From the NCBI GenBank assembly GCA_048013815.1, contig CM106586.1:21824001-21888000 (forward strand): a stretch of 64,000 bases of DNA, read 5' to 3'. This DNA is from Setoptus koraiensis. Lineage: Eukaryota > Animalia > Arthropoda. Every line of letters begins with the position of its first letter. Position 1 is the stretch's first letter. Below are positions 27,001-41,507 of this stretch, piece after piece. A program made the translations under genes and the position numbers. The notes beneath the pieces were generated by a model that did no database searches, was not told the origin of the DNA, and saw only the letters and a program-made list of their open reading frames with translations.

Positions 27001-27012
27001 GCACCCATCTAG
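21014..27012 (+). CDS. Piccolo/Fife/RIM-family presynaptic active-zone scaffold-like protein: N-terminal helix, polyQ, C-terminal PDZ (1798 aa, 6 exons)
   Basis: Exons 21014-25392, 25487-25579, 25819-26041, 26130-26298, 26373-26540, 26648-27012; all introns GT-AG (94, 239, 88, 74, 107 nt), total 5397 nt in frame. DMSHLTEEERLMIQSVMAKAE matches the Piccolo/RIM N-terminal helix. The spliced PDZ RILLSRDPKDRIGNGIGVKIVGG...GAFVSKV...EGDQIIEWNGVNL...EVQQIL matches the Piccolo/RIM PDZ pattern. Confidence 0.8.
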
Positions 27013-27515
27013 ACTACAAATGTTTCTTCAATGTATTTAACCAGATGGAATATCTAATCAATCAATTATCGAATCGTCAAGGGCAACCTAAATTCACTTG
27101 AGTCATTGGATTGTCCTGAAATTGAATTCATTGTTATTATTATCATTCTTGGATCTTTTTATTTCGCTTTTGTGAAGAGGAAACGCAATTAGATTGATAC
27201 ACATTTCGATATCTAATTCATGAGTGGCCTATCATTATCAATTATTAGATTCATCAATTAAGCCATAATGGTTACTGAGACATTCTATAAGTATTCGACG
27301 ACACAGTTAAAAAATATACACCGAGGACAAGGATCTAGGTTGCAAACCTCTACATTTACTTAGCAAACCTTTATAAGAATATATTGATTCTGCTGATCAA
27401 TATTGATTGGCTGATAAGCTTTTGATTGACCATCCGGTTTAAGATGGACACACTTAGTTTTTTTAAGTTTTAATTGTAATGTATCTAGATGCAAACTTAG
27501 CGATATGCATACCTG

Positions 27516-27550
<35 letters not shown>

Positions 27551-28396
27551 GTATATATATATACGACATTTTGACGCAACATACGATACAGATATGCTAA
27601 CTACTTACTTTTTAAGCCGTTATATTGAATACTTTAAAAAGCACGCTTGCACGCACATTATTAGATAATAAAAGAAAAATTGTTAACGAGTCACATTCTA
27701 ACCCAAACCTCACTATCAACAGTTGTGAACCACATCGCCAACGCTGTTAGCCAACGTATATCTAAAAATTCAACTGCTAACTATCATCGATCAGTCTCAT
27801 CTGTTCAATGATCTATTTAGATATCAAACTCTGCTCCATTGGATGCCCTAAGCTTGATTTGTATTTTCTTAGATAACTTGGTTACATCACACAGGTTTTG
27901 TATGGCAACAATTCTATGTAGTCGAATAAAACCCGCCAAACAAACGTCTTCAAGCTATCATAGTCTCAAAACTCTCAAATTCTCGAAACCAGTAAAGTAG
28001 TGCCATTCAAGAGTATCATTTATTGGTCGAAAATTTCTCGAAAAATGTGTGTCGGTATTCATTTAGGGCTTCATCATGTTGTGTCTTAGAATACAAGCAC
28101 TTTGGTATTCCACGCCAAGCGCTAGATTTGTTAGCAATAATCTGAATTATGTTATTACCAAAGGCAATAGTTTAATCCACGTAACTTTTTATTCGATTAT
28201 TCGATCGAGAATAATCTGAAAATATAGACAAATCTTTCCTAATGAGTAATTCCGATTGACGTGATCTAGCACTGATAGACTAGTGGCATTATTTTCTTAT
28301 GTATGGTTGTATATCAATCATATTTTTGGTGAACTTTGGATGATATGGGAATTATGAGGCTATATTTGGTTGGGTCAATATACAAATAAAAGGAGA

Positions 28397-29645
<1,249 letters not shown>

Positions 29646-30729
29646 TCAATAAAATATGTGCGATTATTTATATTAATATATATAAATTTAATAAATTTTA
29701 TGTGTAGAGAATAATTAAATTAGAGAATTTATATTATGATATGAGTAGTAGTAATTTTAGTCTAAATAAATAATAATAATAATAATAACAAAAGCACTGC
29801 TGTTGATGGTGCGCATCATCAAATTTTTGTGTCTAAAGAGTGTATGCCTAATTTTTGCAGAGAATGATAGTCATGCACACCGTGCAGCACAGATGCAGAC
29901 TCTGTGCATATGAAGTTAAAGTGTCATCAAAGTGGCCACAATTTGAACGGCGCACAGAGCAACAGCAACTAGTAGGTAGAAGTTGGAGATTTTTCGCTCG
30001 TTGCACAAAATGTGTTGGCATGTATTTCATGCAGTGGTGGCATTACGATGCGTTACGAAAGCCGCGTATAGTTTGTAAATGATTCTGTATGGCATACGAA
30101 TATACTGAAGGCACCCTCTAACAAGTGCTTTTACTAGTACATGAGAGCTTGTGCCTAATGATTTGTTATATGCTTGCATGCTTACCCGCTTGACCACGCT
30201 TAATCTGCCTTTTCTTCTCCATCCTTTTGTACGCTACGAAAGCTGTCTAGTCAACATATGATGTGTCGGACAGAGAGCGCCAGTTGTGTGTTTCTTTCTG
30301 TCTTGTTCATAAACATACGTAATGGTTTGCGAAGAATTCTTGCGCCAATTAATGAAGTGTTTGTGCCCAAATAGATGACTCTGCTAATTGATGCAATGAT
30401 TATGTTGTGTGTAGCTCTAGTAGTATGTACGCTGAAACAGAACTGTTGCTGATGCAAAGAAGTAGTATTAGTATTGTTGTCGTCGTTGTTCTTTGTTTGT
30501 TGCATTGTGCGTCTCTCTCTCTGATGGCGCTAGCATCACAACATGGCAAAGTGGCGGCATGTGTGTAGTTTACAGCGTGGTGGTGGCTTGCTGAAATTCT
30601 ATCGCAATGCGTACTTCCATATACCAGCAACGAAAACAACTGTTTGCAGCGCCTAATTCGTTGATTGGAAAAATGTCAGTGTTTGCCCGTCTAGCATGCG
30701 TGTGTGTCTCTGTCTGAGACTCTCAAACA

Positions 30730-30760
<31 letters not shown>

Positions 30761-32605
30761 TGTGTTTGCCTCAATGCGAGCGAGCAAATGAGCGTGGTGC
30801 TGCAGAGTTTGCCCGCTTGCTTGCTTGACTAGTAGACGTTTGGAAGCTCCTCTATTTGCAAAGAACAATAAACAACAACAGCAACATGAGCGGCTGCTAT
30901 GATCCGCGCCAACCACGAATAAGACGACGATATAATTCTTTTGCGACCAGCTCTCCGCTCAACTGTGCCCCGCATCCAGCTTGATACGCAGCCTTTAAAA
31001 CCAAGCAACAGTTGATCTGAAGCAGTAGTCGCTAGCTGTGTTCTGCGGCCGTGCTGCACGGAAACGCACACTAATTTCCAATGCAATTTCCCTAGTGGCA
31101 CTTGATCCGCATCATCTTGCCACATTTCTATCCGGCGTGCCCGATGTACGCATTACATTTGAAGAGTCTATCATGTACGTGGGAGTTCAATCTTGGGCGC
31201 AATTTGCACATGTACAGAAATGATGTTTGGGCAGCGCCAGCTTATCTCCGATGAATAAATTCCTCTTTAACAGCAAGCGATTAACAATAAAAGGGCGAGC
31301 GATCTTGTTGCACCATCCAGTTGCAGCACAAGTGTTGGACAGAGAGGGAGAGAGTTGAGGCAAAACAACAATCTAATGCGTTTCACTTATTGCGAAAATC
31401 ATGCACCAACACACTGCTTTATCTCTGAGCCCGTCTCCTGATAGCTTTTGAATCTGCTGAAGCTGTTGTCGTCGCCCACAATCCCAACCCAAAGTAATTG
31501 ATTTGACTTGCCAATGGGTTCGGCGAGAAATGTCTCGCGCGACACATAAAGAATATTCTCAAGATGCCAGGCGGAACTTTTGTTGACGCCGAAACACACT
31601 GAATTGATAATGCGGAGCTTCCGTTACACTCATTCGGAGGGCTTGCTAAGGCTCACTGCATACATATGAATGGTGACTCATGGGGTAATGTGGTCGGTGG
31701 TGGTGGTGGCGGCGAAGCGCAGTTCACTTGATACGAATTCCCTAATAGAGGAAGAGTCAGAGGAGCGCGCTTCCCCCTCTCCTCTCATCTCGGGTCCCGG
31801 AAATTCTAGATTCTTGTTGGTTCATGTTTGCCGATTGTGTTCCGACTTACAGCCTCGATAGCTGTAGATTAAATGACCATCGTGCTAGTTATTGGAATGA
31901 TTGCAAAAACGAGAGAAAAATCTATCTACCACTAGGGATGGATTTGGCGAGCGAAATGAGGGACATTACAGCGCATAGGGTAGTACAGTGATGCACCAAT
32001 TTTCTGTGTTCACCATACAGAGCTATCGGTTGCAAGCTCCCCATAAACTGAATGTGATATTGTGTGATATACAATGCAGAATAATAATAACATCAGTAGT
32101 AGCGATACAATTGCCAAGCGAAATAAGCTCTTACCAGAAGAGAGTGCTCGCTCGCTAGCTCGCCGCCGATTTGATGTAATATAATGCCCGCTCAATGTAC
32201 ACCCTATGTACTATGATAAATATAAACTGTCCCACCGCACATACATATATGCTATCACAAGAGGATAGACACACACATACACACACACACACCAATACTG
32301 ACAGCAAAGAGCGTCTGAAATACGGATACTCCTGATTGCCACTTGGGGCTCTGCGTGACGCAACACAACTGGGGATTGGGGTGAGCTGGCATGAGCTAAT
32401 TTGACTTGTCTGAGCTTGAGGGCTGATAGAGAGGCGTTTGTTGTATTGTCCCTTGAAAAATGGGGCAAAATCAGACAAAAATGCCCATTAGGCTCAGTGC
32501 GCCGGGATCTGAGCAAGGATAAATGTTTGGCAGGGGGTCGCTTGTGTAATGTGTGTTCGATGGCACACACAGTCGAGCCCCCGTCGAATATTTTCGCCAT
32601 GTGTC

Positions 32606-32607
<2 letters not shown>

Positions 32608-32655
<48 letters not shown>
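32608..32655. repeat. (GT)n microsatellite
   Basis: 24 GT units in the CtBP/TBC divergent spacer. Confidence 0.95.
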
Positions 32656-32661
<6 letters not shown>

Positions 32662-33937
32662 CTCACTTTGGCATCGCATACTCTCTAGCACGGAGCTGGG
32701 TGGCTTTAGTCCGGAGTGGCATACATTGGGGCACACGTTTGGGCAAGTGGAATGGGCGACTCGCTTGCGTTGTTCTCCTAATGATGGGGCCATGTGCGAC
32801 TCATATGCAATGGTGTGCTGCGCACTCAGCACCTAGATCCAAATGTATCAAACGTGATGCTCGCACAGACCAACACGCACAAGCAGACCCGAGCGCGCAC
32901 ACACACACACACACACTGGCAGCGACTGGTAGACTTTCTCACGTATATATTCGAACATATAACGAATGAACGAGAGAACTTTTTGTGCGGACCGTCTAGA
33001 CTCCAGATCATACGCTGTGTGTGGCTGCGCTTAGGCTCACAACTTCTCTATGCCTCACAATACAAGAGGAGAACGTGTGCGCCCATAGAATCTGCTGATG
33101 ATCGAACTCCAAGATGGCGTCCCACTAAACGAAAGCGTTTACACAACCATTCTGCACTGTCGCCAGCGTATTGTAAGCATTACTGTTAATAATATTTTAT
33201 GTCCTATTAATTATTATATTATTATATAATGACGATATAATTGTAGTCGACATGCGTGCTCATCACAAGAAAGAAAATTCATTATCACTCTACTCCATGA
33301 CCCTTCACACAGCGTAAACAGCTTTAGATCGTTGGAAGAGGCAATCTGTTGTTAGACTAACAATATATGATAATACATATATTGTGAGACTATGATGCCC
33401 ATGTTCAGTTAGCTCTATTGCAAGAAACAACAAAAATGCAAGTAGTTAATTTACACTTGTAACCTTCAAATTATGTAATATACACACACTTCCATATATA
33501 TATGACTAGGGGCGTCATAATAAATTGAATAGAATTAATTTTGTCCGCAAACACACATAGCTAGTCCGATGACTAACACTACGAGTCGACCAATTATTCG
33601 CTAAGGATCATCAATAACTCTACATAGTCTTATTCCTATACGTTAATATGTTAATGACTGTTATCATTTGCAAACAATTGCGCATTACATATCGAATGAA
33701 GACGAAGCAGCGTATTATATTATCAATTTTATTATTTTATCATCTTGTGTAACATGAGAGACATATAGATTACCAATGTCATCAAGTAGCATTTTTTGTG
33801 AGCAACCTTGGCTGACAATATTATAATCGACACGCCAACGAGCTAACTTATATTGTAAACTGGACGTGCAATCATCAACATTCTTCCTCAATATCGTCTT
33901 CGGCCCAGAAAACACAACGCAATCTTCGTACTATCAA

Positions 33938-36900
33938 ATGGAAGCAACTAAACAAAAATTCTCTATTGATGAGGCCTCAGATAGGTCTGTATTGCAACAG
34001 CGAGATGCCAGCAACGATTGTCACAACTGCGATAGTACCAATGCTACCAATGAAGAAGGAATCCGTTCAATTCAATACGATGATAAAGCAAAAGAGGCGT
34101 CGGTCCAATCAAATGATAACTGTCCAGCAGCTCCAGCGAAGGGAAAAGATTTTAGCGTTAGTGGTGGCGAACCGCAACCGAAACCAAAATCAAAACAAAC
34201 CCATCAATCAGCTGCTGGCTCCCTTTGGTCGATGCTGAGCAACGCACCTCAACAAACACAGCAATTTGCGCCAATCAACACAAAAACAACTCCAGACAGC
34301 GATAAAATGCAACAACAAACCAGTAATATCAATCAATCAAATAGTGCTCTGTCGAGAGGCAAAAATACCGTTGCAAATATACTAGGACATTTTAGGAGGT
34401 ACCCTGACAATACTGCAACCGATCCAACAGTGCAGGGACCACAGAAACAAGATGACCGTGTGACAAATAGGCATCATCAATTGAACGAGCGGACAAAATC
34501 TAGTGACTGTGCAATGGATAGTAATAGTGATAATTGTTATAATAATGATAGTCAGCAATCAAATAGTCGTATGGTCGCCCAATCAAGGCAACAACAAATA
34601 CACTCGTCATTAGCAAACTCTAAAACTCCAGCCACCATGCAGCACCAACAAACGTCGGACTCGGGAACAATCTCACACCCATCTAATAGATTTGTTGTCA
34701 GATATCTAGGTAGCTCAATATTGCACAAAAATTTCACATTACCAATGCTGGAATGGATTGCGAAAGATATTAAAAGGCAGACTATCAAAGGGGCCAAAAC
34801 TACCAGTCAGAGACAGATCACTATTCCTGCCCGCGATATTGTCTTAGAAATTCAGTCATTTCAATTGAAGGGTAGCTCATGCAAAGATGGTCACTGTATC
34901 TTTGTTCATCCTATGCAACACGTTTCGAAATATGCTCAACTTCAGCACGATCCAAACTGTTTCTCCTATCTTATTAGAGATTACAAGGATTCTCCTTATA
35001 CTTGCCATGTCTTTCAAGCCAAACATGTCAAAAGGGTTAGTTTAACTATCCATCCAAAGTTATCTGTTGATATATCTTGCCTTTGTAGACAAATAACTTT
35101 TCATTTGATAAATTTAACCACTAAATGGATTCTTTTTAACCACAATTTTCTCTAGGTCCATGATATATTTACAGCCGTCAGAGAGGCTACAACGAGATCT
35201 AGAATAGAAAATCCGGCTACCAAAATAACATCAATGGCAGATAACCAAAATGGATCTACCTCACCGTTGATTTTAGGTGCAAAACAACAGCCCAATTTTG
35301 TCGTTCAGAATCCGAAACCTGTTGTTGTTGATCATTTCAATAGGAAGGATGCTAAATCTTTGGTTGATACCAAACTTACTGATTTGCCAAAACAGTTTGA
35401 AAACTCCTATCAATTTGAAGTGATGTTCGTGAAAAAAGTAAAGGTAGATAGCTTACCAATAATGGTGCGACATCCTATGCGATCACATCGCAGTCAACTT
35501 AATACTTTACTAACATTTTTCTAACTTATCTAAACTTAGCTGCAATGTAGGAGAGTTCCGTCGACATTTGTTGACGACGCCATGGAAACTTTAAAATCAT
35601 TCGAAGTTCTTAAAAACACCGAGGTCAGTCAGAAGCTGAGATAAAATTCTCTTGTCAAGAACTGTATTACTCAGATATAGGAAACATTGTAACCAATCTT
35701 AATATCTCCCATTCTTCAAAATCAATTAGACGAAAACATCCGGATTGGGAAAACGTATTATTAGTGTCAGTGTTGACGAACGACAAGAGTATGATGAAAA
35801 CATATCTTCACCTACACCTACAGGGTCCTCCAATAAAACACTCAACCCAGCTCGAGAGATTGATAAGGATTGTTCACATGAGGCAACGAATGAAAGAAAA
35901 AACCGAAATATGAGCAACCAAATTGAGTATGTGAAGCAAAAGCTCGATGAACCATCGGAGTATACTTCCAACCTAAACCCTAGCCCTCAGAAACACTCCA
36001 CATTCGGCTCCACATGCTCACTGAATATTATTTCGGACAGTTCTGCCAACTTGGAAAGGCCGGAAACATCGTCAGATGACCAAAAGTTAACTATACACAA
36101 AGCTCCTCTTACGCAGACTCTCAGTATGGATAGTGGAAGCAAGCAGATATTGTTGGAAAATTTGAAAGGTCAAGACGAGGAATATGCCACTCAAAAAATA
36201 CAAAAGTCATCGTCACAGTCGATTTTCGCATCAACTTTGTCAGGTGGTTATAATAATGATTTTTCGCCTTACAATACAATAACATCAGTAGATGTCAACA
36301 ATCAAATTGCAGGAATGCCGGTCATGTCTAGCAGTGTGAGCTTGGACCACGAAACAAGGCAGAAACTTGCTCGTCAGATAAGAGAGAAACTAATGGAAAC
36401 GGCATCTAACTTGAGTAGTAGTAAAAATAGTATCAACAGAAGCAACGAAAAAGTGTCGCTACGAGAAAATAATGATGATAGCTTGCCATCTAAGGGTGGA
36501 TTCTCTATGCCAAATCGCTCATCAAGTGGTGATCTGATCACTCTTAACAATATCATCGATTCATCTGCGGAAAAGCCAAGTGATTTAAAATCGCCTGAGC
36601 AACCACCCAACAAGAGCAACATGAGCAACTTCGATTTATTCAGACGAGCTTCCACTAGACAGGTGGTAAAAAACCGAACAATGCTGTTACTTATTGGTAA
36701 AGATGAATTGTGCACCATATCAACCGACCATCATCAGGTTTTGTTCAACAAATCTTTCAATTGCATCGTTCACTGCCTTCAAGGAACGAAAAATAACGAC
36801 CATTTTGGTTTAATATGTCGCGACTCAGGAAAAATAAACCCAAACACCGAGTCATATGCAGGGTTCATATTTAAATGCCAGTCGGATAAGGTAGTTCGAG

Positions 36901-39900
36901 AAGTTATGGCAGCAATGAAACAGGTTATACACAACTCTCACCATAACTTTTATAGTTACAACTCACCTTATAACCCTTTGAACACATCGTCTACTTTATA
37001 TAAGAGTTCAAATTCAACACCAACTTCGAGCCCCGGAATAAATTATAATTTAGGCCCACCATTGGCCTACACTTCAGACACTAGTAATAGATTTGCAATA
37101 CCAAATAACCTTGAGCAAAAACAAATGACAAACGAGATTGCCCACGCTCAATCGAAAAATGTTCAACAGCGAAACAGGCCAAATCCAATTCGCAGCATGT
37201 TTTGTGATGACTGTCCCCTTCACTGGTATCATAGATTATGTTGTGATCTGGAATCAATGCCACCAGAGGCTAGTAAAGCGATTATACTTCGCAGATTGGA
37301 TACCTCATTCTCTGAATTGGAACAAGATGAGGTTCTTAGTAAATTTAGCGAGTTCAAAATTGAAACAATCGATGAGCATAATGATATATTTATGTCACTA
37401 TTGAGACATTTATGTGAGAAAAAACAATCAAAGCATAACCAAAGTCAAAGCCACATATCAGCTATGGCCAGTTATAACAACAAGATAAATGATACTTCCC
37501 AGCATAATGAAGCAAGTCCCTCGGCAATGGATAATCTGATCAAGGCAAAAAAATCAATATCTGCCTCAATTGAAAATATTCTGAAACGTAGATCGAGTTT
37601 TGCTGATGATCTAGACGAGCAAACAAGTGAGTTCGCTCATAAAAGTGGTTCAACTAACTCTCATGTGCAGCAAGATGGCTCTTCAGAGGATAAGACAGTT
37701 AGCAGGCAGGGTTCCTTTAGGCGTTATGACAACAATAGCACCAATGATGCGACAGGATCTCCCCCGAAGCGGCAACCTAATTTCGGTTTGGGTAATATAA
37801 GCAAAATAAATGATGACTACAATCCGTTAGCTGGTCTATTTCGTAGAAGGAGCTCAACTTTTGGTTCAAATTCTATCGATATAAGTTCGGCTGATGATAA
37901 GGTATCTTTGCCCTCTTCTGAGAATGTAGGTAACAGCAACTGGACAACTCTGAGGCACTCATCATCGGAAACTCGACTCAGTCCTTCGAGTCAATCTGCC
38001 GACGAACTAAATAAATCTCAAGATAATATCGCAAATAGACCTCCAGTAAGTCCGACTGCATCAAAATACTCAACAGCCATTCAATCTCAGAAGAACCAAT
38101 CTCATTCGAATGACGTCGGTAAGCAGGATCCAAGTTCACCGTCGTTACTCACGTCTACATTTTGGAAGAAGAGTATCTATGAAAAAATTCGCTCGACAGT
38201 TATAACAGATCACAATGTTAGTAGACCATCAAATAAAACAGAGAAAAAGATGACTCCCTCATCCTCCCTCGTAGCCATGCCACCAAACAATCGAGCGGTG
38301 CATTTAAATGAAAAAGCTTCACACAAACGTCGCTCAAGTGAAGAGATAAGATATCTTTGGAAGAAAGCTATTGATGAACAAATTACATTAATTAAGATGG
38401 ATAAGCAAAACAAGATGCTTCAAGGTGAGTGCATGAATCCAACAATTCTCTTCATATTCAAGATAAAATTCTGATTGGTAAATCAATTTTATTTGTATCA
38501 ATAGTTCAACTTAAGGAAAAGAGTGGCCAGGAAGTGAAATTAAACTATAAAGATTTGAATATCTCCAAGTTGGCTAATGCACAATGGGACAAATTGCTAT
38601 TGCAGGATCCCACGATGAAAGTGGATTTCTCAACTGTTTCAACACTAGTAAAAAAAGGTGTACCTCATAGCAAGAGGGGTGAAGTGTGGATGTTTCTCAT
38701 GAATCAGTATCAATTAAGGCATGGGACATCATTTCACACATCAGATAGAGAATATGCTGGAGACGCCAACCAGCCATATAGAAATCTATTAACTCAATTA
38801 TCGTTGCAACAGCATGAGATATTTGTAGATCTAGGTGAGTATCCGCAAACTGCGTTAGAGGCTTTGTAAGGAGGAGGGTTCACAACAAAAAATCGACACG
38901 GAGCGGGACATAGATCAGACAATGTCGTGATGGCTTGTGCTGTTTTCGGTCGACAAAACTGGGCCGTTCATTTTCTCTGAAATTGTCGATCAGAGGAATT
39001 CATGTTGAAGATGGGCTCATTTTCATCAGAGTGGGCTGAGGATCATCCGAGTCTCAAGACGATAATCATGGCCTAGAGGATGTTGAGAGGGGTCAGGACC
39101 TCGCCTAGTGTCCGGCCCTAACCTAAAGTTGCGCGAGGTCTGAGAGGTACTCCACCTCTCGCAGTAGCCATCTCATCACTTGCAGTAGGAGGACCAACAA
39201 TCACCTTCTAATAAGGTCCTTGTTGGTCCTCCTACTGCAATTGCAAGTTTGTCAAGATATTTGAGAATTGTTTTTTTGCTGTCCATTACTGTTGGCTCCA
39301 ACTCATAATGAATTCTGAATTATCAACTATAAACAAGTCGTATTCAAAAAGAGTAGATTGAAATTCATGATAGCTTGAGTCATAATAATTTCCATCGCGC
39401 AAAGTAATAACACAAAAATTGCCATATACCAGACATTTTTTTCTAGCAACATATTATCAAATATTATATTAAGATCACTATTGCACCTATCACAATCAAC
39501 CAACTTATCATTTACCAAATACATCATTCTGCATCCATATTCTAGGTCGCACTTTTCCGAACCACCCCTATTATTCACAATTCCTTGGAGCAGGCCAACT
39601 GTCATTGTTCAATTTATTGAAAGCTTACTCATTACTTGACCCTCAAGTAGGATATTGCCAGGGATTGAGTTTTGTTGCTGGTATACTATTATTACATGTT
39701 AACAGCGAAGACGAAGCTTTCGAGTTGATGCGTCATTTATTGTTCAATTATGGCCTCCGAAAACAGTACTTGCCCTCTATGAATGCTCTCCAATTACAAC
39801 TTTATCAATTAACTAGACTTCTGAGGGACTTCGAGTATGAAATTTTTCGCCATTTCGATAACCAGGACATATCACCTAGCCTTTATGCCGCACCTTGGTT

Positions 39901-40423
39901 CTTAACCTTATTCGCATCACAGTTCCCTCTGAGTTTCACTGCCAGATTATTTGATCTACTTTTCTTACATGGTATTGAAGCAATCTTTAGAATATCTATC
40001 AGCCTATTATCTTTCCATCGCGATAATATTGTAAAATGTTATACATTGGAGAGCACGATGAAATATATTAAAACATCTCTAATGAATATCAAGAGTGAGG
40101 ACATGGTCAAAATTTTTGATAGATCACTGGAAATGGATCTCCGCACTAATTTAATCGACTACGAGATCGAGTATACATTCTATTGTGCCCATGATAGTAG
40201 TAACAAATTTAGTTCAGCTGGATTGAACATCTCAAACCGTACAATAAATGATGCAGCTAAGCTTGAAAAATCAGGTAGAATTGAGCCATCATCGGAGGAC
40301 GAGACAACAAAAAAGAGTGTCGACGAACCATCATCTGTTGTAGCAACAGCTGCGGCAGCCATCTTACAACAACTAATGATAAATGATTACAATCAAGCCA
40401 TTTCTATAAGTACTCAAGACTAG
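33938..40423 (+). CDS. plx: TBC1D1/TBC1D4 (AS160)/pollux-type RabGAP with PTB and TBC domains (about 1790 aa, 6 exons; 3' end less certain)
   Basis: Exons 33938-35035, 35156-35443, 35540-35623, 35730-38424, 38505-38834, 39546-40423; GT-AG introns of 120, 96, 106, 80 and 711 nt; total 5373 nt in frame. PTB1 RFVVRYLGS...CHVFQA; split PTB2 FEVMFVKKVKLQCRRVPSTFVDDA / NRTMLLLIG...DHFGLICR...FKCQS; TBC GVPHSKRGEVW, Arg finger IFVDLGRTFP, Gln finger GYCQGL, YAAPWFLTLFAS. Confidence 0.9.
39180..39240. repeat. Perfect 21-bp inverted repeat (61-nt hairpin) inside intron 5 of the TBC gene
   Basis: TTGCAGTAGGAGGACCAACAA (39180-39200) and its exact reverse complement TTGTTGGTCCTCCTACTGCAA (39220-39240), with a 19-nt spacer that itself contains ACCTT/AAGGT. 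Confidence 0.95.
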
Positions 40424-41507
40424 TTTCAGTTGATATTGATGGATGTTTTTACAAGTTCGGATACAAAACTACATGATTGAAATGTATAAAAGAAAATGGC
40501 CAATACTCTCCACCTATCGAAAGGGGGACTGTTTCACCTCCTTCGAAATAGGATAACTCTACAGTGATAACTTGCTTTAGATATTTTTATATTATTTTGC
40601 CGAAAAGTTAATAAATATATTATATATATCTTATGTATCCAACAATCACTATAAGTTGAACGAGATGATAGTGATGAAATCGACGAAGAACAAGCATATT
40701 CCTCTTGTTTGACTCGCATAGAAATTCTGGTTGATAGATACTGACTACTCAATCTTAACACCATCAGTGATAGTAGTAATCAATATATGTGAAGATATAA
40801 TTGATTTCCTCGATTGATCGTGCTTGAAAATAATTAGTTGTAAGAGGATGCAATTTATGGTTCATGGCAGTGTAACTGAGATCTCTAAATTTGTCGTGAA
40901 TTCTCGTTTCCTATCAATGAGCGGGGTAGTGTTTATTACACTTACTGCCCTCACGTCAGGTGAACAAGATCGCAAGATTTTGCCTCGTGACCTAATTGAT
41001 GAAGTTAGTTATTCATAATGAATGGAATGAATCTATTAATTTTATAGCGTGATCATCTCCTCCGAATCTTGCACCGGTAATACGAGAGAAGTTAACAAGT
41101 ACATTAGCAGCTAGGATAAGGAGTTCCTACCCAGAACGACAATCAATCACGTATAGTTACTAGAGATAAGACTTACGCCAATTGAGCTAGCGAAAACAGA
41201 TTCAGCAGACAATTAGTCATATAAATGTACCCTACACAAGACAATCAATCAAGAAGGAGTGTAAATTCAGAGAATCGATTATAAATTTGAGATTGATTTT
41301 ATTACTAATTGTGCGCACATAAATATTTATCATTTTGGGGCCATATCTCTTTAAATTAGATTCAGTCAGAGATGTCCGTCAGATGCGTGTGACATATCTG
41401 AAGATGATGAATTTTTTACACGGGTTTTACATCAGGAATCATACATATCAATAATGTTAATTAATAATAATACATTGTGGTAATTTTAATATGTGTTTGT
41501 ATTTGAG

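Noticed and set aside
38978-39042. Hammerhead ribozyme core (CTGAGGA at 39036-39042, GAAA near 38976; also CTGATGA...GAAA near 33096)
   Set aside because: Stems I-III cannot be formed around the core nucleotides in either case.
39116-39126. CCCTAACCTAA, arthropod telomere-like (TTAGG)n
   Set aside because: Only two units; too short to call an interstitial telomeric repeat.
39222-39242. 3' hairpin arm contains TTGGTCC, the miR-133 seed
   Set aside because: The rest of the arm does not match miR-133, and perfect stems are atypical of ancient miRNAs; a 7-nt match is weak.
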